Origin: Bugula neritina
Lineage: Eukaryota; Animalia; Bryozoa
DNA: 64,000 nucleotides
Assembly: GCA_964035545.1 (NCBI GenBank)
Contig: OZ037767.1
Span: 16,799,781 to 16,863,780, forward strand
Direction of reading: 5' to 3'
The notes under the pieces are model-generated. The model made no database searches and had not been told where the DNA came from. It saw only the letters and a list, made by a program, of their open reading frames with translations. Both the position numbers and the translations under genes were made by a program. Positions 14,139-26,100 of the stretch are shown piece after piece (position 1 is the stretch's first letter; each line of letters begins with the position of its first letter).

Positions 14139-17100
14139 ATGTCACAGTCTGAGCTATCCAACAGCCAGAAGTTAGAATATAACTCTCACATACTGAAGGC
14201 TAAGGAAATGGCTGACAAGGCAGAGCACCATGTAGCCTTAGAGCACTACCGACGAGCATACCAACTCCACCCGTCCGATAAACTTGATGCCAAGATATCC
14301 AAGCTTATGGTACAATAGATAAAGTTAATAAAGTAATTTTGTTGTATATATAGCTGGGTGGTAATTGGTTTCTCTACTTTTTCTATATTTTAGTTTGTTG
14401 TACTGTGTGTGTTCTAGAAATCTCTGAATCTTGACACGCCACCCATGGAGACCAAACGGTCCTGTCCTTTCACTCCGGACAGACAGGACCTGAAGCGGCG
14501 GTCCCCTCTCTCTACTCAGGATATTTTCTCTACTCAGGTATCTCATCTCTCTACTCAGGTATCTCATCTCTATACTAAGCTATCTCATCTCTCTACTCAG
14601 GTATCTCATCTCTCTACTGCTGTTAAGTTATGTTGTTCAGTAATTATCTAAACTGTGCTACTCAAGATAAATGTATTGAACATAGCTCCAACTTTCGCAC
14701 TCACTATCTACTATTTAACTTCAGTTTGAGATGCTGGTAAAGTGGCAAACCGGTAAAGCAAAGCAAATCCATCACTCACTCTAATGATGGGTTAACCTAG
14801 TGGATTGGCATGTTGTTTAACTTCCTGTAAAAGCTTCTAGTAAGTTGATTGGTTGGCTAGAGAGTATTCCGGAATATTCCATTGTCTCATAGTAACTGTT
14901 GACCTGCATCTTTAGATGGCTGGCGGGGAAGAGGAAAACAAGGAGAACACTATGCCATCTGTGGATGTCCCAAGTATGTATTTATTGCTGACAATGCCTT
15001 GTGTATAATCATAGCGTTAATATCCAACAGACTTGTAGCTAGCATGTGATCCATATGCAGTGACACACTTGATTGCGGGTGTCTTCAGGTGACGCCCCAC
15101 AAGATGATCTCCCAACTCTACTGGCTAAGGCTAAAGAGTTTATCGCTGAACAGGATGTGGAGTCAGCACTGAGATGCTATGAGAAAGCTTATAGCCTTGA
15201 GCCCAGTGAGAAGATTGCGAGGAGGTTGGAGCGTATGAGGGTGCGTACCAACCTCTACCATGTGCTGTCACTTGTCTTAGCCTCAGACTAAAGTCTAAAG
15301 TATTCTTTCTTTTCACTGCTGCAGGCATATTTGGAAACAGAACCTGAGGCTAAACCTGGTGAAGAGAAGTTGGAGGCGCACACCGCCCCATCACGGTAGT
15401 AAGATTTAGGCTAAATTAACTTTAGTAGATAGTTTACCTGTACCTAGCAGGTAGGTTATCTTATTGATATTCTCAAAGAAAAAATTTTAGTTGAAGATTC
15501 AACTAAATTTCTCCTACTAAATGGGTGGGTGAGAAGCCCGAACTTGAATTTCTGGACAGTTTCTAGGAACTTAACTATTTAGTATGTCTGAATTGCTCTG
15601 TGTTGGCTTTCAGGCCGAGAGAGGCTATAGCCAGTAAAACTACAGTTTCACCAGCTACCAGTACGGGGGTAGTGCTACCCTCCCTAAACTCTGAGATTGG
15701 TATGTCAGATGAAGATGTGGCCATATACAACAGTCTCATCTCTCAGGCTAAAAGTAAGTTCTACAGACTACCTTCGCTCTGATTGGTCAAGTAAATCTAA
15801 TGTTTACATGAGAGCAATGTGTAGCTCTGGTTTCCTGTGACTTTGCAGATGTGTTGAGGTGCGGGGAGTTTGAGGAGGCCCTCGCCTTGTATGAGAAAGC
15901 GCACGTGTTACACCCGTCGGACAAACTAGCCTCAAAGATTGCCAAACTCAAGGTGATTCACACACTGCAGAAGTCTAGTTTGTTAACTTCCGTTTCTCCC
16001 TTGAAGTTCTTACAGACTACCTAGATATCAGATCTTGTTGAGATTAACTGGAAAAATGATTGTTTTGACTGTTTGAATAGGCAGATAATGTAAAATGGCT
16101 GAGAAAAATTCAACTGCAATGTTACATGGCAGCTGAATTGAATTATTCTAAAAGAAACAAAGATTGTAATAGTAATATAATTGTATTATAAAGTATTTGT
16201 ATTTCTGCTATCACTTATTATTTTTCATCTATTACTGTTTGCTAGTTTATTATATTTCGTTTCACTGGCTAATTTTATCTGTTTTCATGTTTGATTGGCT
16301 AGTTTTCTCTCATCTTATTAGCTGAATAATATTCTCTAGAGCCTGAGTTCCCAGCTGGGTACTGAGGCTGAGGTGGCCGGTACCAGCACTCCCCCTAACC
16401 CAGCTGAAGTTGACGAGGCCGCAATAGACGCCCACTACTCCGAGCTCACTGCTAAAGCCCGCAAGCTGATAGAGCAGGAAAAGCTGGAGGTACTGAGTGA
16501 ACACTGAGTAGTTCTGGAAGGTTCTACTACTTCCTGTGTGGCCGACACCGGCCATTAGAACTGAGTCATGGCGCAACACTCTCTAACTGCTGTTCTGGTC
16601 TCTTGCAGGAGGCGCTGGTGCTGTTTAAAGACGCTTACGGCGTTAAACCGTCAGACAAGCTGGAGAGGAGAATACAGAGAATAGAGCAGTACCTGCAGCA
16701 GCAGACTCAGACTAACCAAACTGTCTCTCAGACTACACCAGGTATCATTGTTTAGTTTCTCACAATGCTTGTTGTTGCTGAGCAACCGGTGCTCTAGTGA
16801 AATATAGTTTACTTTGAGTATGCGAATTGAGAGATAGCGACTAGGTTAGCAAGATATGGTACTGAGACGGTTACTTGTAACATGTCTTCTTAGAAAAAAC
16901 TTCTGTGTACTTCTGTAAGTACTAAGCCTAGGGCCACACTGTGCGTATTTTCGCATGCGAAAATTGAAATCACAAGTAGCAAAGGTGTCTACTGTACGCG
17001 TTGAGAAAACATTCGCACTTGTCGCTCAGCATTCTCAACGCAAGTGCGAATCGTCTCTGTCGTCGTCACTTAATTGGCTGGTAGTTATTTAGCGAGCCCA

Positions 17101-20100
17101 ATTCTTTTATTTTAGTGCTATATTCCAGTAAATTGCGTTTTATTAATAGCGAGTGCGATTTAAAAATGAATGCTTTATTTATCCTGCATCACTGACGCTA
17201 CAGTGGACACCTTTGCTACTTGTGATTTCAATTTTCGCATGCGAAAATAAGCACCGTTTGGCCCTAGGCTAAGTGTAAGTATTAAACATAAGTACTAAGT
17301 GTAAGTATTAAATATAAGTAACAAGTGTAGGTACTAAGTGTAAGCTACAAATGTAAGTACTAAGTGAAAGTAGCAGATATAAGTAACAAGTATAAGTTAA
17401 AGATGTAAGTAACAGATGTAAGTAACAGATGTTAGTAACAAGTGTAAGTAACAGATGTTAGTAACAAGTGTAAGTAACAGATGTAAGTAACAGATGTAAG
17501 TAACAAGTGTAAGTAACAGATGTAAGTAACAAGTGTAAGTAACAGATGTAAGTAACAGATGTACATATACTAGACGAGCTGGAGTCAGCTGACCTCTACA
17601 ACCAGCTGATAACGAAGGGAAAGGAGTTCATCTCACAGAATAAAGTAGCAGAAGCTCTGAAGATGTACCGGGAGGCTGCTGAGATTAGACCGTCTGAGAA
17701 ACTCTCTAACAGGATTACTAAGTGTCAGGTGTGTTCTCATTGGTTACTCTGTATGTATGTGTGTTCTCATTGGTTACTCTGTATGTATGTGTGTTCTCAT
17801 TGGTTACTCTGTATGTATGTGTGTTCTCATTGGTTACTCTGTATGTATGTGTGTTCTCATTGGTTACTCTATATGTATGTGTGTTCTCATTGGTTACTCT
17901 GTATGTATGTGTGTTCTCATTGGTCACTCTGTATGTATGTGTGTTCTCATTGGTTACTCTATATGTATGTGTGTTCTCATTGGTTACTCTATATGTATAC
18001 TTGTGCTATCTGTAATATAGTGTGTTATGTGTAATATAATGTGCCGTAATATAGTTTGCTGTAATATTATATGCTGTAATATAATATGTTATGTGTAATA
18101 TGATATGCTGTAATATTATATGCTGTAATATAATATGCTGTAATATTATATGCTGTAATATAATATGTTATGTGTAATATGATATGCTGTAATATGATAT
18201 GCTGTAATATTATATGCTGTAATATAATATGCTGTAATATAATATGCTGTAATATAATATGCTGTAATATAATATGCTGTAATATAATATGTTATATGTA
18301 ATATAATATGCTGTAATATAATATGCTGTAATATAATATGCTGTAATATAATATGCTGTAATATAATATGCTGTAATATAATATGCTGTAATATAATATG
18401 CCGTAATATAATATGCCGTAATATAATATGCCGTAATATAATATGCCGTAATATAATATGCCGTAATATAATATGCCGTAATATAATATGCTGTAATATA
18501 ATATGCTGTAATATAATATGCTGTAATATAATATGCTGTAATATAATATGCCGTAATATAATATGCTGTAATATAATATACTATAATATAATATGCTGTA
18601 ATATGATATGCTGTAATATAATATGCTGTAATATAATATGCTGTAATATAATATACTGCAATATAATATGCTATATGCTCCAGGACTACCTCAGTCAATG
18701 TGCTGATGAAGATGGAGATTTCACTCATGTTGGAAATGGCTTCTATCTTCACCAGGTGGGGCTCAGTGTGTTTATTTCTATTAGTCCAAAGAGTATATAA
18801 TTATTATAGTATCTGTACACTAAACTCTAATGCAAAGAGTACATATTATAGTATCTGTACACTAAACTCTAATACAAAGATTATATGTTATAGTCTCTGT
18901 ACACTAAACTCTAATACAAAGAGTATATGTTACAGGATCTGTACACTAAACTCTAATACAAAGAGTATATATTTTAGGATCTGTATACTCAACTCTAATA
19001 CAAAGAGTATATATCATACTATATGTACACTAAACTCTAATACAAAGATTATATGTTACAGTATCTGTACACTAAACTCTAATACAAAGAGTATATGTTA
19101 TAGGATCTGTACACTAAACTCTAATACAAAGAGTATATGTTACAGTATCTGTACACCAAACTCTAATACAAAGAGTGTATGTTATAGTATCTATACACTA
19201 AACTCTAATACAAAGAGCATATATCATAGTATATGTACACTAAACTCTAATACAAAGAGTATATGTTATAGGATCTGTACACCAAACTCTATCCTCACCA
19301 GAAAGAGGGTCTTCTGTGGTTTTGGGGTCTCCATAGGAAGAAAACAGGAGGAATATTGGCTGATGACATGGGGTACGGTGTTGATATATCGCGATATACT
19401 TGGTGTCGATATATCATGATATCATCTTCTTATTATATTACAGTGTAGTAATATACTCATATGGTATAATGAGTCAATGTGCTGTTTTATAAAGTAAAAG
19501 TAGCTCATATAATGCTTATTCATATTTTGCCATTTGAATCAACTTTGCAATATATTATATTGCATTGTCATATATTATATTGCATTGTCATATATTATAT
19601 TGCATTGTCATATATTATATTGCATTGTCATATATTATATTGCATTGTCATATATTATATTGATTTTGTCATATATTACTCTGTGGTGCACTATATTATA
19701 TTATATATATTATTACTCTGATATATTACTATTCAAAATTATATATTACTTTGTGATGTTATATAATAATCTGTGATACACTACTCTACCATGTAGTGTA
19801 TTGCTTTACCATATATATTACTCTATGGTGCAATATATTACCTTACCTCTATGATGTAATATATTACTCTATGATGTAATATATTACCTTACCTCTATGA
19901 TGTAATATATTACTCTATGGTGTAATATATTACTCTATGATGTAATATATTACTGTGACGCAGACTTGGGAAGACCATCCAGGTAATCTCCTTCCTCTCT
20001 GGTCTGTTTGATGCCGAGGAGCTGAAGACAGCCATCATAGTGATGCCGCTGTCTCTCATAGAAAACTGGAAGAGAGAGTTTGAGAAGTGGTGGGTTTACT

Positions 20101-23100
20101 TCGTCTACTCAGAACTTTAATATTTATTTTATGTTGCGGATTTGCGCCTCTATTTCGTGCTTTTATGTACCTTCAATTTTACGTTCATCGAGAAGCTGTT
20201 TTGCTGAAAGTGTATTTCCGACACTTGGCAGGGCGCCAGGTATCCTGTTGCAGACGTATCACGGTGGATCACTAAGAGAGCGGGCTAGGGGTGTGGCTAA
20301 GGTGCAGAGAAGGGGCGGGGTACTTCTCACCTCGTACGGAATGATTGTGTCGGCCGCAGAACTCTTGGCTAAGAAAGATGGAGAATCTTTTGGTAGAGAT
20401 TTTAGCTACGTAAGTGTAACTCTACGTGTGTTACTACGTAAGTGTAACTCTACGTGTGTTACTACGTAAGTGTAACTCTACGTGTGTTACTACGTAAGTG
20501 TAACTCTACGTGTGTTACTATGCAAGTGTAACTCTACGTGTGTTACTATGTAAGTGTAACTCTACGTGTGTTACTATGTAAGTGTAACTCTACTGGTGTT
20601 ACTATGTAAGTGTAACTCTACTGGTGTTACTATGTAAGTGTAACTCTACGTGTGTTACTATGTAACTGCTACTCTACGTATATATTCCCAGGACTACGTC
20701 ATACTAGACGAAGGCCACAAGATCAAGAACCCCACAAAGACCTCTAAAGGGGTTCACATGATTGCTGCCAAACATCGTATCATCCTCACCGGAACTCCTA
20801 TTCAGAATAACCTCAAGGTCTGTCTGTCTGTCTGTGTGTGTTTGTCTGTCTGTGTGTCCACTACTACTCAGTTACTGTCTGTCTGTGTGTCTACTACTAC
20901 TACTACTAGCACTGTGTGATTACTCGGTACTCTGTGTATGCAGGAGATGTGGGCTCTGTTTGACTGGACACATCACGGGATGCTGCTCGGTACGGCCCGC
21001 ACTTTCCACTCGGAGTACAGTAAACCCATCACGAGGGCTAGAGAGAAGTGTGCTACATACGGTGTGTTGATTCAATACTCTCTACATCCTGTATGTCTGT
21101 CTGTGTGTCTGAATATCTGCGGCGAGTCATCTCAGCTAACTTCTGCTTCTTCTATCTTGTAGGGGAGAGACGCCTAGGTGAGCAGATGGCCGAGTCACTG
21201 AAGAAGATTATCTCCCCTTACCTTCTGCGTAGAACTAAGGCTGAGGTCAAGGCTGCGTCGCGAGCTCGTGGTGAAGATGGAACTGTTGTGGTGGGACCGG
21301 AGTGAGTAGCTAGTGATGTGTGCGGGGGTGTGATACAGCCCCCGTATTGTAAGACTGTAAGAGTAGAAGGAGCTGGAGGCTAGCGACTTACTGCCCTGTC
21401 TGTCTGTTACAGGATGCCAAAGATGACGAGGAAGAACGACTTTGTCGTCTGGTGTTACTTGTCGGAGATGCAGATGGATATCTACCGGTCCTTCTCTGAG
21501 CAAGATGAGATCAAAGAGGTGCTATAATGTCGTATACTATGTGCTATGATGTCATCGACAATGTGCTATAATGTCATATACTATGTGCTATAGTGTCATA
21601 TACTATGTGCTATAATATCATAGACAATGTGCTATAATGTCATATACTATGTGCTATAATGTCATAGACAGTGTGCTATAATGTCATAGACTATGTGCTA
21701 TAATGTCATAGACAATGTGCTATAATGTCATAGACAATGTGCTATAATGTCATATACTATGTGCTATAATGTCATAGACAATGTGCTATAATGTCATATA
21801 CTATGTGCTATAATGTCATATACTATGTGCTATAATGTCATAGACTATGTGCTATAATGTCATAGACAATGTGCTATCATATCATATGCAGCTGCTAAAC
21901 ACGGCCAGAAGTCCTCTCACAGCTCTGGTCGTACTCAAGAAGATCTGTGACCACCCCAGACTCCTGTCCAACAACCAGTGCCACAAACTTGGCCTCTTCA
22001 CCCCACAAGAGTACGGATATCTTTACTTTGAAACATACCACAATGTAGACTGTGAAACATACCACAATGGAGACTGTGAAACATACCACAATGTAGACTG
22101 TGAAACATACCACAATGTAGACTGTGAAACATACCACAATGTACACTGTGAAACATACCACAATGGAGACTGTGAAACATACCACAATGTAGACTGTGAA
22201 ACATACCACAATGTAGACTGTGAAACATACCACAATGTAGACTGTGAAACATACCACAATGTAGACTGTGAAACATACCACAATGTAGACTGTGAAATTA
22301 TATAAATCAGACTGCCAGTTTAATTAGAAATAATTTCTTGTCATCAATTTCTTTCATTTTATTTCTTATGCCATCATTAGCTGCACACTTAGTTGAAATG
22401 CTAGGTAGACGTGGTGTATGAATGTTACTCATGGTGTAGGTTGGTTGGTGCTGACACATCTGCCCTGAAAGGCTGTGCTGCCAACCAGATCAAATCCGTG
22501 TCTGACAGCATCTTGATGGAAGAGTCCGGAAAACTCAAGTTTCTGGTGCAGCTGATGTCAAAGTTAAAGGCCGAAGGTCACCGGACGCTCATCTTCTCTC
22601 TGTCCAGGAAGATGCTGGACATCATCCAGAAGGTTCTGTCCAACAGAGGTCATAACATCATGAGAATGGACGGCACCATCACTGACCTTTCTGAGAGGGA
22701 GAAATGTGTCAGCTCTTTCCAGAACAGCACCGTGTATGACACCTTCCTGCTGACTACACAGGTGTGTATGACACCTTACTGACTACACATGTGTGTATGA
22801 CACCTTACTGACTACACAGGTGTGTGTGACACCTTACTGACTACACAGGTGTGTGTGACACCTTACTGACTACACAGGTGTGTGTGACACCTTACTGACT
22901 ACACAGGTGTGTATGACACCTTCTTACTGACTACACAGGTGTGTATGACACCTTACTGACTACACAGGTGTGTGTGACACTTTACTGACTACACAGGTGT
23001 GTATGACACCTTACTGACTACACAGGTGTGTATGACACATGGTGGATGTGCTATGGTACATTAACAGAGTAATTAACCTGTTTCCATGTGTTCTAAGGTT

Positions 23101-26100
23101 GGCGGAGTGGGTCTCACCCTCACAGCTGCTGACCGCGTCGTGATATTTGATCCATCCTGGAACCCAGCCACCGACAGTCAGGCTGTTGATAGAGCCTTCA
23201 GGATTGGTCAGCAGAAGAACGTCTGCATTTACAGGTAGTCTAGTGAGATTGAAAGCTTGTCATGAGATGTGTAGTGTAATACATACATTATACTGTGGAA
23301 CTGTTTATACTGCAGATTCATTTCCTGTGGAACTGTTTATACTGCAGATTCATTTCCTGTGGAACTGTTTATACTGCAGATTCATTTCCTGTGGAACTGT
23401 TTATACTGCAGATTCATTTCCTGTGGAGCTGTTTATACTGCAGATTCATTTCCTGTGGAACTGTTTATACTGCAGATTCATTTCCTGTGGAACTGTTTAT
23501 ACTGCAGATTCATTTCCTGTGGAACTGTTTATACTGCAGATTCATTTCCTGTGGAGCTGTTTATACTGCAGATTCATTTCCTGTGGAACTGTTTATACTG
23601 CAGATTCATTTCCTGTGGAACTGTTTATACTGCAGATTCATTTCCTGTGGAACTGTTTATACTGCAGATTCATTTCCTGTGGAACTGTTTATACTGCAGA
23701 TTCATTTCCTGTGGAACTGTTTATACTGCAGATTCATTTCCTGTGGAACTGTTTATACTGCAGATTCATTTCCTGTGGAACTGTTTATACTGCAGATTCA
23801 TTTCCTGTGGAACTGTGGAGGAGAAGATTTACAGAAGACAAATTTTCAAAGACTCGGTGAACAGACAGACTATGCAGAAAGACGAAAAGAACATTTTCAG
23901 GTATCAGACTTTACCTGAGTATATACCTGGGGATACACCTGAGTATCTACCTGAGTACATATACTTATTACTTCGTATCTCAGACAACGACCTCTATTTC
24001 TAGATACTTCAGCAACCATGAGCTCTACGAACTCTTCCAACTTGACAACACACGAGAGTCAAAGACGCAGCAGCAGCTGGAGCAGATGCACGCCCACCAG
24101 CGAGTGACGGATACGGCCCTGGATGAACACATTGCTTACCTGTATAGTTGTGGTTAGTATATAAACATGATGCTTATATGTATAGTTGTGGTGAGTATAT
24201 AAACATGATGCTTACCTGTATAATTGTGGAGATTTATAGCCTGAGTGACTATGTGCTATTGTCGAGCGTATAGGTAGGGATCTCGTATTGTTAACAGAAA
24301 TGTATGGCCTGAGTGACCATGACCTGATGTTCTCCAAAGAAGATGAGGAAATGGAAGGAGACGAGAACACCGAGTACTTAAATGCCAGGTAAGTCTCTCC
24401 TCCGTCTGCTACTAGTTCACCTTCTACTAGTTCACCTTCTACTAGTTCACCTTCTACTAGTTCACCTTCTACTAGTTCACTTTCTACTAGTTCACCTTCT
24501 ACTTGCTCACCTTCTACTAGCTCACCTTCTACTAGTTCACCTTCTACTAGTTCACCTTCTACTAGTTCACCTTCTACTAGCTCACCTTCTACTAGCTCAC
24601 CTTCTACTAGTTCACCTTCTACTAGTTCACCTTCTACTAGTTCACCTTCTACTAGTTCACCTTCTACTAGTTCACCTTCTACTAGCTCACCTTCTACTAG
24701 TTCACCTTCTACTAGCTCACCTTCTACTAGTTCACCTTCTACTAGTTCACCTTCTACTAATTCACCTACTACTAGTTCACGTCTACTAGTTCCACTGTCT
24801 ATTGTTTCAGAGTAATGAAGGCTGTAGAATTGCTCAACAAGGAAGCCCAGTTACAGAGTAAGATGAATGAAGAGGAGGGGAAATATGTACCTGGACATCT
24901 GGCATCTCTACCCAAATCTTCCGCTAAACCCACGCCCACTTTTGGTGAGTCTATATATTCTTTACAGCATATACTGTCTGGTGTGTTCAGTAGTCTATTT
25001 ATTCTCTACAGTATATATAATACATTCTCCACTATTATATATAATATATAATAGTCTATTTATTCTCTACAGTATATACTATATAGTGTATATAATTGTC
25101 TATACATTCTCTACAGTACATACTATCTAGTTACTAGTATATACTATCTAGTTACTAGTATATACTATATAGTTACTAGTATATACTATAGAATGACACT
25201 CTTTGCTATGACTCTTGCTTTAGAGTGACACTCTAGCTTATACAGCCTGACTAGGAATAGGGAGGGTTTTAGACGTGATCAGAGTTTATTTGAGTCACCA
25301 AATACTGACCAAATGCTGACCAAACACTGACCGTAAAAACTAAAATAATAATGATACAACATAAGGCATAAGGCAAACAAAATGTACGTAATATAATAAG
25401 TATGTATGTAAAAGCACTAGCAATGTATATCATAAATTGTAGATAGCAGCATGAAATAATGATTCAACATAGCATGCAACTACAGCCCATATTATTAAAA
25501 ACTTTATAACATAAAAATGTAATAACGATATATAATTGTAAATAGATGTTCATTACCTCTTTTCTCTCTCTCCTAGTCTACTGTTATGTTAATGCTGTGG
25601 CTTTGCACAGTCTTTCAAATAATGCTACTCTTTGGTAGTCTTACATAAACTTAATGCTGTCCAAACTGACAGCATGACTCTAACAATATTGCAACTACTA
25701 AAAATGGTTTTGTCTTATATACTAATCCATTTGATAAACATTATTGTGTTGTAAGAGGTATGATTTTACAATTTACTATTTCGGGGTAGGATCTTACTGT
25801 TTCAAGAAGTGGGCTGAAGTAAACAAGCATGTGTGACATCACAGCTGATGCAAGCATAACTGCTGACTATGAATCATTCTACATGCGTAGCTACTGTTTT
25901 GGGGTAGTAATTAAAGAAGCATTAGGTAGACTACTAGCAGCTAGTGGTTAGGTTAATTTGAGGTTGATGACATTGTGATTGTGTGTGATTGTACTACAAG
26001 TTATAATATCTGTAAACATCCTATTTCGTAACATTACATATACTATCTAGTTACTAGTATATACTATCTAGTTACTAGTATATACTATCTAGTTACTAGT

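Noticed and set aside
23292-23816. CRISPR-like array (32-bp repeats); also considered for the 29-42 bp arrays
   Set aside because: Units are contiguous with no unique spacers, there are no cas genes, and the context is a eukaryotic intron.
17663-24789. Repetitive ORFs ([38 protein letters not shown])
   Set aside because: These are translations of intronic minisatellites; the flanking exons splice around them in frame.
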